Positions 20,944 to 31,317 of a stretch of 64,000 bases of DNA are shown piece after piece (the stretch's first letter is position 1; each line of letters begins with the position of its first letter). The translations under genes and the position numbers were made by a program. This DNA is from Bacteroidales bacterium (GTDB lineage Bacteria; Bacteroidota; Bacteroidia; Bacteroidales; Bacteroidaceae). The stretch covers positions 8,004 through 72,003 of the forward strand of contig JALEZQ010000014.1 in assembly GCA_022772475.1 (NCBI GenBank), read 5' to 3'. The notes under the pieces are model-generated. The model worked only from the letters and a program-made list of their open reading frames with translations, searched no databases and was not told where the DNA came from.

Positions 20944-22431
20944 TTATTCTCCCAATATGCCGAGGGCCTTCTGCCATTCGGTGCGCGACAGACGGATGTC
21001 GATGCGTGCGTCGATGCAGTCGCTCTGCGCCTGGAGCCATGCCGTGTGTGCCGCCAGCAGGTCGCTGGTGCTCAGCGTTTCGGCGGCGAACGATGCGCGC
21101 GCCACGCGCAGGTTTTCATCGGCGCGCCGGCGATTGGACAGGGCCAGCCTGTACTGGCGCTGCGCCTCGGCCACACGGAGCGACGACTGGTTGACCTGGA
21201 GTTGCACCTTTTCGAGAGCATCCTCCCTTTGGTACGCCTTCATCTGCGCCTCGGCCTCGGCGGCACGCACCTTGTAGCGCCCTTCACCCCACTGCCATAC
21301 GGGCACCTTCACCGTGACGCCGACAGCCCATGTGCCGCGGAAGCGGCGGGCGAAGCCGTTGGTCAGCGAGGGGTTGGTGGTGAGATAGCCGCCCATGAGC
21401 GCCACCTGAGGGAGAAAAGCCGAGCGGGCAATACGCACCTTTTCGCGGTAGATGCGTGTGGCGCGCTCCAGCTGGCGCAGTTCGGGGCGCTGCGCCCACG
21501 CCATGGCCGTATCGGCCGGCGCACCGGCAGTGAGCAGCGCCGTGCTGTCGGCCTCGTCCGTATCGTTGCGCCGGGGCGCCACGGGCGTGTCGAGCGGCAG
21601 GCCGCACAGTTGGCAGAGCAACATGCGCGACAGCGTCAGGGCATCGTCCACCTTGGCCAGCGTCAGTTCTGCCTCGCCGTGCTTCACCCCGACGCTCATC
21701 ACGTCGGCGCGCGTCACGAGGCCCTGCGCCATCATTTTCTGCAAGTCGTCGTCCAGACGGGCCAGCATTTGGCTGTAACTCTCAGCCAATTGACGCTTGG
21801 CCAGCAGGGAGACCAGTTGCCAGTAGGCGCGGTCCACCTCGAGGATGACCTGCTGGCCGGTGGCGCGGTGGTGCTCGCCGGCCACGTCTTCGGCATAGCG
21901 CGTGATGGCGTCGTAGGCACGGATTTTGCCTCCCATATAAATGGGTTGCGTCAGCAGGATGGCCCCCAGCGACATGTTGCGCGTGTCGGTGTGGAGAGCG
22001 TCCACCAGTCCTTGGCCCACGGCGTTGAGACTCTGCCCCATCTGACCCATGACGGGCGACAGCTGCTGGATGAGCGGCGCCAAGTCGGGGTTTTGCGCGA
22101 CAATCTGCCCCATCTGGGCGTTGAGACCATTGCCCAGGCGTGTGCCCATCGACGATAGCGAAGCCTTTTGGTCGTCACTTAGCAGCGAGATTTCGTCGCC
22201 CGTTCGCATGTACGTCCCGACGGCCTGCACCTTGGGCAGGTAGTTGGTGCGGGCAGCGCGGTGCTCGTAGTGCGCCTTGTCGATGGCGGCCTGACTTTCG
22301 GCCATCTGCTTGTTTTGGCGCAGGGCCATCGCGCGCAGGCTGTCCAGGCTGTAGACCTGAGCCATGGCTGCCGGCGTGGCAAAGGCCAATGCCAGCAGCA
22401 GCGCCATAAGCGTGTAGTGTAGTTTGTTCAT
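20944..22431 (-). CDS. TolC family outer membrane efflux protein
   Basis: Signal peptide, YLPKV/FLPQV repeats, QPIYMGGK; start MNKLHYT. Confidence 0.9.
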   Translation of the reverse strand: MNKLHYTLMALLLALAFATPAAMAQVYSLDSLRAMALRQNKQMAESQAAIDKAHYEHRAARTNYLPKVQAVGTYMRTGDEISLLSDDQKASLSSMGTRLGNGLNAQMGQIVAQNPDLAPLIQQLSPVMGQMGQSLNAVGQGLVDALHTDTRNMSLGAILLTQPIYMGGKIRAYDAITRYAEDVAGEHHRATGQQVILEVDRAYWQLVSLLAKRQLAESYSQMLARLDDDLQKMMAQGLVTRADVMSVGVKHGEAELTLAKVDDALTLSRMLLCQLCGLPLDTPVAPRRNDTDEADSTALLTAGAPADTAMAWAQRPELRQLERATRIYREKVRIARSAFLPQVALMGGYLTTNPSLTNGFARRFRGTWAVGVTVKVPVWQWGEGRYKVRAAEAEAQMKAYQREDALEKVQLQVNQSSLRVAEAQRQYRLALSNRRRADENLRVARASFAAETLSTSDLLAAHTAWLQAQSDCIDARIDIRLSRTEWQKALGILGE

Positions 22432-22615
22432 ACTATGTTCTGTCTGATTGTCTGCGGCAAAGGTAGATAAAACTTTCTTTCCCTGTCTCGGCGTACCGAC
22501 GTAAAGGGAAAACTTGACGCAATAGGGGAAAACGGAAAGATAAATACGGGGCACTGTTGGCAAGAGACAAATTAAAATGCTACCTTTGTCCCATCATATA
22601 TATACGTATCAAGTT

Positions 22616-23326
22616 ATGAAAAAGTTCAATCGCATTCTTCTCAAGCTCAGCGGCGAGAGCCTTATGGGCGAACAGGGCTACGGTATCGATACCAAGCGCC
22701 TCAACGAATATGCCGCACAGATCAAGGAAGTGCAGCAGATGGGCGTGCAGATCAGCATCGTCATCGGCGGCGGCAACATCTTCCGCGGCCTGAGCGGCGC
22801 AGGCAAAGGCTTCGACCGTGTCAAGGGCGACCAGATGGGCATGTGCGCCACCGTCATCAACTCTCTCGCGCTCAGTTCGGCCCTCGGCGCCGCCGGCGTC
22901 AAGAGCCGCGTGCTCACCGCCATCCGCATGGAGCCCATCGGCGAGTTCTACAGCAAGTGGAAGGCCATCGAGGCTATGGAACGCGGCGAGGTGGCCATCA
23001 TCAGCTGCGGCACGGGCTCGCCCTATTTCACCACCGATACGGGCTCGTCGCTCCGCGGCATCGAGATTGAGGCCGACGTCATGCTCAAGGGAACCCGCGT
23101 GGATGGCGTCTATACCGCCGACCCCGAAAAGGACCCCACCGCGACAAAGTTCAGCGACATCTCCTACGACGAGGTGCTGCAGCGCGGACTGCGCGTGATG
23201 GACATCACCGCCACCGCCATGTGCAAGGAGAACAACCTGCCCATCTACGTCTTCAACATGGACATCGTGGGCAACCTCAAGAAGGTCATCGAAGGCGAGG
23301 ATATCGGCACCTTTGTCCACGCCTGA
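22616..23326 (+). CDS. pyrH: uridylate kinase
   Basis: RILLKLSGE, GGGNIFRG, FTTD, DGVYTADP. Confidence 0.96.
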   Translation: MKKFNRILLKLSGESLMGEQGYGIDTKRLNEYAAQIKEVQQMGVQISIVIGGGNIFRGLSGAGKGFDRVKGDQMGMCATVINSLALSSALGAAGVKSRVLTAIRMEPIGEFYSKWKAIEAMERGEVAIISCGTGSPYFTTDTGSSLRGIEIEADVMLKGTRVDGVYTADPEKDPTATKFSDISYDEVLQRGLRVMDITATAMCKENNLPIYVFNMDIVGNLKKVIEGEDIGTFVHA

Positions 23327-23377
23327 CCCCAACACCCTAACTTTATCTAATCACAATCCAACAACTATCAGCCAACC

Positions 23378-26300
23378 ATGAAAAACAAATATCTTGCGGC
23401 GATTCTCGCTCTCTTGCCTGCCGCCTCCATGACGGCCCAGGACGTGGACCGCACGAAGTATCCCGACTACGACGACACCTACCGCCCCGACTATTCGCTG
23501 CTGCAGGCTGTCAAGAAAGCCCGCGCTCTCAAGGCCACGGGCACGGGTGACGAACTGCCAGACCACTGGAACAACGCCGACTTCAAGCACTTCCCGCCCG
23601 TCTTTAATCAGGACGGCGGCTCGTGCGGCTCGGCATCGCGCATCTGCTACATGTTCACCCACGAGCTCAACTCCTTCCGCGATGCCGACGGCAGCGACAT
23701 GCACAACCAGTACCCCTCCCACTTCGTCTGGCTGCACACCAACACCGGTTCGAACAAGGACGTGTTTGTCGAGTTCGTCGGCGTGCCCTCGGCCTACACC
23801 TATGGCGGCCGCACCTACTCCAAGCTCTTCGGCAACCAGGTGGAAAGCCAGGCCGACTTCGGCTGGATGACAGGCTACGAGAAGTGGTATGAGGGCATGT
23901 TCAACCGCACGTACACGCCCACTCACCTGCCGATGAATGTCGGCACCGAGGAGGGCCGCGAACTGCTCAAGCGCTGGCTGTGGAACCACTGCGGCGACAG
24001 CGACTTCCACTCCGGCGGTCTGGCCGGCATCGGCGTGGCCAGTGCCGTCACCTCCGAGCGCATCGCCTCTACGCCCAACAACGACGTCACCGGCGCCGTG
24101 GGCAAGAAGTATGTCAAGAAATGGGGCACCACCGTGGACCACGCCCTGACCATCGTGGGCTATGACGACCGCATCGAGTTCGACCTCAACGGTAACGGCA
24201 TCTACGGCGAGAAATCGGCCGACGAGGTCGGCGCATGGATCATCGTCAACTCGTGGGGCTCGGGATGGGCCAACGACGGCTTCATCTACTGCCCCTACGC
24301 CTACGGCGGCGCCTCGTTCGACAGCGATGGCAACTTCCGCAAAAACTGGTGGGCGCCCGAACTCTATAAGGTGCGCAAGAACTACCGCCCCGAGCGTACC
24401 ATCCGCGTCAAGATGGACTACTCCCGCCGCTCCGAACTGAGCATCAGCGCCGGCGTCTCCTCTGACGTCAACGCCACCGAGCCCGACGTGACGATGGGCT
24501 TCCACCACTTCCAGTATGCCGGCGACGGCAACAACGGCAGGACCACGCCCGCACCCGAGATCCCCATGCTCGGACGCTGGGCCGACGGCCGGTTGCACGA
24601 CGAGCCGATGGAGTTTGGCTACGACCTGACCGACTTCACCGCCTCCTACGACAAGAACAAACCGCTCAAGTACTTCCTCGTCATCAATACCAAGGCCGGC
24701 GCCCTGGGAACGGGCCATATCTACGACGCTGCCATCATGGACTACACCCTCGACGAGAACGGCGTGGAGATACCCTTCGACATCGCCGGTGCCGAAGGCG
24801 TGGAGATAAAGAACGACGGCCAGCGCACCCTCATCTCCGTCGTGGTACAGGGCTATGGCATACACAATCCTACCAATGCCCGTATCGGCAGCGACAACAT
24901 CATGCGCTGGGATGCCCCGCAGCGCTCCGGCCACGTCATCACCGGTTATCGCATCTACGACGGCGACATGGCCATCGCCAACCTGCCTGCCACCACCCTG
25001 CAATACACGCCGCAGAACCCCGACGAGAAAGCCTATAGCGTGACGGCCCTCTACGGCCAGTTGGAGTCGGAGAAGGTCATGGCCACCAAGCCCTCCTATG
25101 ATATGACGGCGCAGTCCATACGCCTGAGCAAGTCGGGCATGACCCTGCCGCACGTCTTCGACAACCGCTATGCCAATGCCACCATCGAATACTGGATAAA
25201 GCCGACGTCCATTGCCGAAGGCAGCCACAGTTTCGGTCCCGGCTGGGGCTCGTTCCACTGCTATTCCGGTTCGGGCGGCGTGATGTACGCCGGTTGGGAC
25301 AGCAGCAACCGCGTGACCGTCAATAGCGCCTACACTGTCGGCATATGGCGCCACATCGCCATCGTCGTCGAGGGCAACAAGATGAGCGTCTATGTCAACG
25401 GCGTGCGCAAGAGCAGCGTAACCTCCAAGACCTACAGCGGTCTGGGTGGCTTCGGCGACCTTGTGTTCAACTATGCCGAAGGCACTAACACCTTCACCAA
25501 CGCCCAGATTGACGAACTGCGCATTTGGAATACGGCACGCACCGCCGACGAGATCAAGAAAAACTATAAGAAACAGTTTGCCGCCGGCGCCATGCCCGGT
25601 TCGCTCGTGGCCTACTACAAAGGCGACCTCGTTCAGGTGGGTGAAGAAGAGTACCTCCGAGACCACACGCAGAACGGCCATCACGCCCGCTTCACCACCG
25701 ATGCCTACGATGTCCGTCCCGCCAACGCCATGGGTCTGACCATCGACTCTGTGGCTGCCGTTACCATCGACAGCCTGACCACCGCCCCCATTCAGGGCCT
25801 GCCCGTCCGCCTCTCCGCCACGACCAGTGCCGGTGTGAAGGAACTTATCTGGAACGTGCCCGGCGCCGGCGTTGCCGACCTGCACCTCAACCAGCCCAGC
25901 GTCATCTTCGGTGCACAGGGCAGCCAGACGGCCATGGTCACCGCCATCGGTCTGGACGGTTCGCTGGCTCACGACACGTTGGCGTTCAACGTGGTGGCTT
26001 CCGAAGCTCCGCGCGCAGCCTTCACCGCCAGCAAGACCAGCGCCTCGGCCGGCGAGCAGATTACCTTCCTCGTCACCGATCCGCAGCCCGACTTCTCCTA
26101 TGAATGGAGCATCCCCGGCTCCAACCACGAGACAGCCGGTATGGTCAACGTTGGCGCCATCTTTAGCACCGAGGGCGTCTATACCGTGACCCTCACCGTC
26201 ACCTCGCCCGATGGCCGCAAGGCTGTTGCTACCAAGGAAATCCATATCCACGGTGTGCCGCCTGTGGCAGCGCTCAATGTCAGCCCCGCCGTCGTTCTGC

Positions 26301-27877
26301 GCGGCCAGCCCGTTGGCCTGACCAGCCACTCGCTCTATGGCCCCACGACGCTCTCGTGGACGGTGACGAACGGCCACCGCGCTATGATTGGCGAGGGCGA
26401 GCGCATCGTCTTCGCACCCACCAAAGCCGGTATATATGACGTCAGCCTGACCGCCACCAACGCCCATGGCCACGACACCTATACCGAGAAGAACGCGCTG
26501 ACCGTATGCAACGCCGACAGCAAGACGGGCCTTACCTTCGAGGCCCTCGATGCCTGCGTCACCGCAGCCGGCGTACCCTTCCAGGAAGGACAGTCGGGCT
26601 TCACTATCGACTTCTGGCTCAACTACAGTACGCTCGCTGCCGAAGGCAATGCCATCGGCGACAGCAAGAGCACCTTCCTGCTCAACACCACCCTGGCCCA
26701 CGAACTCGTGGTCAACATCAACGGCAAGAGCGCCAAGTCGTCCTCGGGCTACCTCATCCCCAACGGATGGCACCACTACGCTGTGGCATGCAACGAAAAT
26801 GGCAACATCCGCTTCTATCGCGATGGCGAGAGCATCAATGTCCGCTCCATCGGCGTCAATCAGTTGCCCGCCATCAACAAGTTTGCCCTCGGTCAGGAAG
26901 ACCTTTACTTCCACGCCTCCATCGACGAGCTCCGCGTATGGGGCAAGTGCCTCAGTCAGGACAATATCCGCGAGGTGGCCAACCAGCCCCTCGAAGGTGA
27001 CCTGCTGGCAAAGGCCAAGGACGAGTATGCCCTGCAGCTCTACTACGACTTCAACCAGGCCGGCAGCGACCTGACCGACCTCTCCGGTCACGGTCACACG
27101 GGCGTGCGTTCGGGCTTCGGTCCCGCCGGCGATGCCTTCGGTTCGTCGCTCGGCGTCTTCTGCCTCGACTTCGAAGACGAGAGTGAAGACGTCACCTCCA
27201 AGTATCTGGTCAACTACAAGGCCGACTTCAACATCACCATGGAGACCTACAACCCCAACGGCGCCAGCATGCGCTTCATGACTCTCGCCGACTGGACCCG
27301 CGAAAACGAAGGCAACACCTCGCAGCGTACAGGCGCCCATGTCGATGCCAACAAGGGCTACTATATGACCATCACCACCGGTTGGGACGGCTTTGCCGAC
27401 GAACTGGCCGACCATAAGGTCTATCAGACCGTCACCCTCGAGCCCGGGCTCTACACCTTCACTGCCAACTTCGGCACCTACGAAGGCCAGGCCGAAGGCT
27501 GCTACCTCGTCGCCGCCAAGGGCAAGGGCCTGCCCAATACGGCCGACCTGCCCAAAGAGTCGATTAACTATCTCGATATGGAGGCCAAGAGCAGCACGGT
27601 GACGAGCAACGCCCTCCTCTTCCAGGTGGCCGAGCGCACAGAGGTAAGCCTCGGCATCGTGGCCAACATGAGCGGCAAGCAGTGCGTCGCCATCCGTTCG
27701 TTCGCCCTCAACTATTGCCCCGTTGAGGTAATGCAGCCCCTGCCCGACGGCATCGGCACCATCCAGGGCGACAACCCGCTTATCCGAGGCATCTACGACA
27801 TGAACGGACGCCGCGTCAACGCCCCGCGCCGTGGCAACCTTTACATTATCGACGGCAACAAGGTGGTAGCGGAATAA
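23378..27877 (+). CDS. large secreted multidomain protein: papain-like (C1) protease, Fn3-like, two LamG, PKD, T9SS-type C-terminal domain
   Basis: QDGGSCG, HALTIVGYDD and NSWG triad; WRHIA/IDELRIW and WHHYA/IDELRVW; GVYTVTLTV; GIYDMNGRRV...YIIDGNKVV. Confidence 0.8.
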   Translation: MKNKYLAAILALLPAASMTAQDVDRTKYPDYDDTYRPDYSLLQAVKKARALKATGTGDELPDHWNNADFKHFPPVFNQDGGSCGSASRICYMFTHELNSFRDADGSDMHNQYPSHFVWLHTNTGSNKDVFVEFVGVPSAYTYGGRTYSKLFGNQVESQADFGWMTGYEKWYEGMFNRTYTPTHLPMNVGTEEGRELLKRWLWNHCGDSDFHSGGLAGIGVASAVTSERIASTPNNDVTGAVGKKYVKKWGTTVDHALTIVGYDDRIEFDLNGNGIYGEKSADEVGAWIIVNSWGSGWANDGFIYCPYAYGGASFDSDGNFRKNWWAPELYKVRKNYRPERTIRVKMDYSRRSELSISAGVSSDVNATEPDVTMGFHHFQYAGDGNNGRTTPAPEIPMLGRWADGRLHDEPMEFGYDLTDFTASYDKNKPLKYFLVINTKAGALGTGHIYDAAIMDYTLDENGVEIPFDIAGAEGVEIKNDGQRTLISVVVQGYGIHNPTNARIGSDNIMRWDAPQRSGHVITGYRIYDGDMAIANLPATTLQYTPQNPDEKAYSVTALYGQLESEKVMATKPSYDMTAQSIRLSKSGMTLPHVFDNRYANATIEYWIKPTSIAEGSHSFGPGWGSFHCYSGSGGVMYAGWDSSNRVTVNSAYTVGIWRHIAIVVEGNKMSVYVNGVRKSSVTSKTYSGLGGFGDLVFNYAEGTNTFTNAQIDELRIWNTARTADEIKKNYKKQFAAGAMPGSLVAYYKGDLVQVGEEEYLRDHTQNGHHARFTTDAYDVRPANAMGLTIDSVAAVTIDSLTTAPIQGLPVRLSATTSAGVKELIWNVPGAGVADLHLNQPSVIFGAQGSQTAMVTAIGLDGSLAHDTLAFNVVASEAPRAAFTASKTSASAGEQITFLVTDPQPDFSYEWSIPGSNHETAGMVNVGAIFSTEGVYTVTLTVTSPDGRKAVATKEIHIHGVPPVAALNVSPAVVLRGQPVGLTSHSLYGPTTLSWTVTNGHRAMIGEGERIVFAPTKAGIYDVSLTATNAHGHDTYTEKNALTVCNADSKTGLTFEALDACVTAAGVPFQEGQSGFTIDFWLNYSTLAAEGNAIGDSKSTFLLNTTLAHELVVNINGKSAKSSSGYLIPNGWHHYAVACNENGNIRFYRDGESINVRSIGVNQLPAINKFALGQEDLYFHASIDELRVWGKCLSQDNIREVANQPLEGDLLAKAKDEYALQLYYDFNQAGSDLTDLSGHGHTGVRSGFGPAGDAFGSSLGVFCLDFEDESEDVTSKYLVNYKADFNITMETYNPNGASMRFMTLADWTRENEGNTSQRTGAHVDANKGYYMTITTGWDGFADELADHKVYQTVTLEPGLYTFTANFGTYEGQAEGCYLVAAKGKGLPNTADLPKESINYLDMEAKSSTVTSNALLFQVAERTEVSLGIVANMSGKQCVAIRSFALNYCPVEVMQPLPDGIGTIQGDNPLIRGIYDMNGRRVNAPRRGNLYIIDGNKVVAE

Positions 27878-27905
27878 TATAACCGCACTTCCCTTTGACT
27901 TCACT

Positions 27906-27945
27906 AAAATGCCCCGAAAGTTTCCTGTCTTTCGGGGCATTTTTT
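27906..27945 (+). terminator. intrinsic terminator
   Basis: aaaatgccccgaaag-N8-ctttcggggcatttttt. Confidence 0.8.
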
Positions 27946-28152
27946 GCTGCGCTCGCTACTTGTGAGAGTGTGCGAAAATGATTCGCAAATAATACGCGTT
28001 TTCTTTTTGTGTTTCTCTGATAGGTAAAAAATACGGCAGTGCGTCAGCGAAGTATTAAGAAATGCTTACCTTTGCGACTATACTGCGCGGCGTGTGCCTC
28101 CCGGCGGCGCCGCGCGCTACCTATTCTTGCAATACCCCCTATCCCTACGTTT

Positions 28153-28887
28153 ATGAAAGCCATCAATGTACACAGTTACGAGAGCATGGGCACCTTCGAC
28201 GGTCCCGGTCTGCGTTACGTCATCTTCCTTCAGGGTTGCCCCTTCCGCTGCCTCTACTGCGCCAACCCTGACACCATCGATATGGTGGGCGAGAGCCACG
28301 CCACTTCACCGCAGTACATCCTCGAACAGGCCAAGTCGATGAAGCCCTTCTTCGGCAAGCGCGGCGGCGTCACCTTCTCCGGCGGCGAGCCCACTGTGCA
28401 GGCCGAGGCCCTCGTGCCGCTGTTTGAACAACTCAAGAAGGCGGGCATACACATCTGCGTTGACAGCAACGGCACGGTGTGGAATGAGCACGTGGAGCGC
28501 CTGTTCTCCCTGGCCGACCTCATCCTGCTCGACGTCAAGGAAATCAACCCCGAGCGGCACCGCCACATCACCGAGCGCAGCAACGAACGCACGCTCCAAA
28601 CGGCTGCCTGGCTCGAAGAGCACAACCACCCCTTCTGGCTCCGCTACGTCCTGGTGCCCGGACTGAGCGACTTCGAGGAAGACCTCCACGCCCTGGGTCG
28701 CCACTTCAAGGACTACAAGCAGATAGAGCGCGTCGAGCTCTTGCCCTACCACACCCTCGGCGTCCACAAGTACGAGTCGATGGGTCTGGAGTACAAACTC
28801 AAGGACACGAAGGAAAACACCCCCGAGCAGATTGACCGCGCCGAGGCCATCCTCCGCACCTACTTCCCCCAGCTCGTCGTCAACTGA
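28153..28887 (+). CDS. pflA: pyruvate formate-lyase activating enzyme
   Basis: ESMGTFDGPGLRY, CPFRCLYC, SGGEP, LPYHTLG. Confidence 0.95.
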   Translation: MKAINVHSYESMGTFDGPGLRYVIFLQGCPFRCLYCANPDTIDMVGESHATSPQYILEQAKSMKPFFGKRGGVTFSGGEPTVQAEALVPLFEQLKKAGIHICVDSNGTVWNEHVERLFSLADLILLDVKEINPERHRHITERSNERTLQTAAWLEEHNHPFWLRYVLVPGLSDFEEDLHALGRHFKDYKQIERVELLPYHTLGVHKYESMGLEYKLKDTKENTPEQIDRAEAILRTYFPQLVVN

Positions 28888-28924
28888 ACCGCAAGTGGTA
28901 ATCTCCTAACTCTATATTAATACA

Positions 28925-30226
28925 ATGAATAACCTCTCTTCTTCTCCCGCCGAGGGCTTCCTGCCCATTTTGCGCCGCGTGCCATTGGGCTTGGCCGTGG
29001 CTGTGTTTGTCGTAATACAGAGTTTATGGTCCGTTTATGGTTACGATCTCTCTTTTCATCTGACCGACTTGACTACAGGTAGGATTCTTTACTTCGTCGT
29101 TATCTTGCTCTATTCCCTACCGTTCTTTGCCATCGTGCTGTCTCATTCGCTGACCTCACGTCTTGGTCAGGTAATGGGCTTTGTAGCCTTGGGGCTGTTC
29201 TTTGTCGGCGAACTACTGTTGATGCTTTTCCCGTACAATATGTATGTACAACTTGCAGTTGTTCCCATGTTTGTGCTGTGTTGCATCTTCTCCTCTTCGC
29301 GCTACCGACTGGCGTGGATTCTGCTATCTGCCGAGGTTCTGATTGCCGTACTTTCCTCCCTTATATCAAACCTCTTTGCCGACAAGACCCTCATCTATCT
29401 TGGCATCGTGCCTTTCGACACCATCTTCCGCTATGCCGGTCTGGCAGCCTTCCTTTATCTGGGCCTTGTCTCCGCCCGTCCGTCGTCGGGCCGTCAGCCG
29501 TCGCTCGCCGGCGATGCACTGACCAAATCTGCACTGCCGCGCATCTTCGCCATCGTGTCGTTGGTCTTCCTGTTCTTCGCCATGCTGCTGCTCGTCTTCA
29601 CGACGTTGGGCGTTCATATCGATGAGCGTATCTCCTTCGATTGGTATGGTGGAAGTTTGTTGGAAGTTGGCTTTGACAAAATCATACCTTGGGGCCTGCT
29701 GTTAGCCGTCGGATACCACTTCGCCGTGGCTGCCTACCTTTTCCTGTTTATGCACCACCGGTCGATGGGTGTTAAGTTGGCCGGCATGATAACGATGGGC
29801 CTCGGTATTCTGCTTACCGTCGTGGTATTCTTCATGGTGGGCGTGACTCTGGACGATGCTGACCCCATGCCCTACAAAGTCGTTGCCTGCCTCATCACCC
29901 TTATCTTCGTCGTGCCCCTGTGGTTGGCCAAGAATGGCGCCGAGGGTACCTCTCGCGCCGTGCTGTCGGCCGTGGTGGCAGGCCTCGTGGTGATGGCCGG
30001 CTCCATGCTATGTCTATTTGAACCTCACACTTACTTAACGGAGGTTTATGACGTCAATGCGACCAACGACTTCGTCTTCCAGCTTATCCTGCCCTATCTC
30101 TTCCTGATGACCACCATGCTGGCGGTGGCCTTCCCGCGGTTGCCGCGCCGTTGGGTCTTTGCGATAATGGCCGGCTTCTCGTTCCTCATCGTGATGCTCA
30201 ATTTCGCATCCGACATCTTCAACTAA
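28925..30226 (+). CDS. hypothetical polytopic membrane protein (12 or more TM segments)
   Basis: Long hydrophobic ORF with relaxed codon bias; no motif recognised; followed by a terminator. Confidence 0.65.
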   Translation: MNNLSSSPAEGFLPILRRVPLGLAVAVFVVIQSLWSVYGYDLSFHLTDLTTGRILYFVVILLYSLPFFAIVLSHSLTSRLGQVMGFVALGLFFVGELLLMLFPYNMYVQLAVVPMFVLCCIFSSSRYRLAWILLSAEVLIAVLSSLISNLFADKTLIYLGIVPFDTIFRYAGLAAFLYLGLVSARPSSGRQPSLAGDALTKSALPRIFAIVSLVFLFFAMLLLVFTTLGVHIDERISFDWYGGSLLEVGFDKIIPWGLLLAVGYHFAVAAYLFLFMHHRSMGVKLAGMITMGLGILLTVVVFFMVGVTLDDADPMPYKVVACLITLIFVVPLWLAKNGAEGTSRAVLSAVVAGLVVMAGSMLCLFEPHTYLTEVYDVNATNDFVFQLILPYLFLMTTMLAVAFPRLPRRWVFAIMAGFSFLIVMLNFASDIFN

Positions 30227-30249
30227 TCTGCCCAAGGCACAAGCATAAG

Positions 30250-30294
30250 AAATCCCGCCCCGCCATCGTTGTGATGGCTCGGGGCGGGATTTTT
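30250..30294 (+). terminator. intrinsic terminator
   Basis: aaatcccgccccg...cggggcgggattttt. Confidence 0.75.
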
Positions 30295-30367
30295 AGCGTG
30301 TATTGTGCTGCGCGGTAAACAGTCGCAGTGGGCAACCCCATGGGGTATTCTGCATGACAAGCGCCAA

Positions 30368-30722
30368 TAAGCGGCGATGAGGATGGCTGAAGGCCATCCC
30401 TCGACCTCCGTAGGAGGGAGAGTTCATAGCCCGGGGCAGAGCGAACGAAGTGAGCGACACCCCGGGTAATGCGGCGAGCCCTCCTCGCGCTGTAAGTGCA
30501 AAAGCACTAAAAGGGGGCAGCGCCCCCGGTGGGCGATGGTTCAAAGGGCACATATCCGCTTAGCGAGGGCGTTGCCCTCTACTTAGACTTTTGCACTTAC
30601 AGCGCGTGGATCGCTCGGGCGGCCCTACCCAGGGTGTCGCTCCCTTCGGTCGCCCTGGGCTACAAGCTCTCCCTCCTGCGGAGGTTGAGGGATGGCCTTC
30701 AGCCATCCTCATCGTCGCTAAT
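30368..30722. repeat. ~350-bp foldback element (imperfect ~155-bp inverted arms), MITE/REPIN-like
   Basis: Left arm gcgatgaggatggctgaaggccatccctcgacctccgtaggagggagag...cgcgctgtaagtgcaaaag is mirrored by cttttgcacttacagcgcg...ctctccctcctgcggaggttgagggatggccttcagccatcctcatcg. Confidence 0.85.
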
Positions 30723-31015
30723 GGGCTTATCGCCTTGAAATCACTTGTGGCAGAGTACATAGAGTCGGTTTACCGGACAGCAATAGTACAGATTATTTCT
30801 CACTTGTGTGGGTATTACAATCAGTTCCGCTAACCGCAGTTCTGAATGTCCTTATTGATACACAATGTATAGCGTAGAAAGAGGTATATAGGACCGATTA
30901 AACTATAGAAATAAGTGTTCGGCGTTGAAGTTGGGTTAGGGTATAAGATTCAGAGCACAACAAGACGCGGTGAACAGGTAAGGCGGTGTCGCGGCTGCGC
31001 CGCAACTAGCGCTGA

Positions 31016-31206
31016 GTGCCACGTCAATGGACATGGCACTACTACGCGGCGACAAATCCGCTCAAACCGATTGAAGGCGGCCCAGTAGTAGTGGCATGTC
31101 CATTGACGTGCCACTCAGTACCCGTTGCGCGCAGCGCGACACCTATTCTTTTCCGTAAGACGCGGCTGCGCCGCGAGTGCCACGCGGGTGGACATGGCAC
31201 TACTAT
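31016..31206. repeat. three GTAG-type REP palindromes (one single, one inverted doublet)
   Basis: GTAG-TGSCAYGTC-CATT-GACRTGSCAC at 31016-31045(-), 31085-31114(+) and 31177-31206(-, variant loop). Confidence 0.85.
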
Positions 31207-31228
31207 GCGGCGCCTTAAAAAGCATTTA

Positions 31229-31297
31229 CCTTTCCGTCCCGCGTCGAGGGCTTTTCTTGATTTGGCCCCCCGACGCGGGACGTTCAGGGTCGTTCGG
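31229..31297 (-). other. conserved 3' element with hairpin downstream of CLec gene 1
   Basis: Minus strand ccgaacgaccctgaacgtcccgcgtcggggggc-caaatcaagaaaa-gccctcgacgcgggac; homologous to 41232-41299. Confidence 0.75.
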
Positions 31298-31317
31298 CGC
31301 TTCCGCCTGCCCTTCCG

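Noticed and set aside
17450-22431. ABC-2 exporter without an ATPase as a novel system
   Set aside because: TolC-HlyD-two-permease operons lacking a linked ATPase are common in Bacteroidales.
23351-27940. 1529-aa antisense ORF and other long shadow ORFs (e.g. 10879-12756, 14342-16678, 50464-52224, 60780-63185)
   Set aside because: They mirror real genes with strong GC3 bias and have no recognisable motifs.
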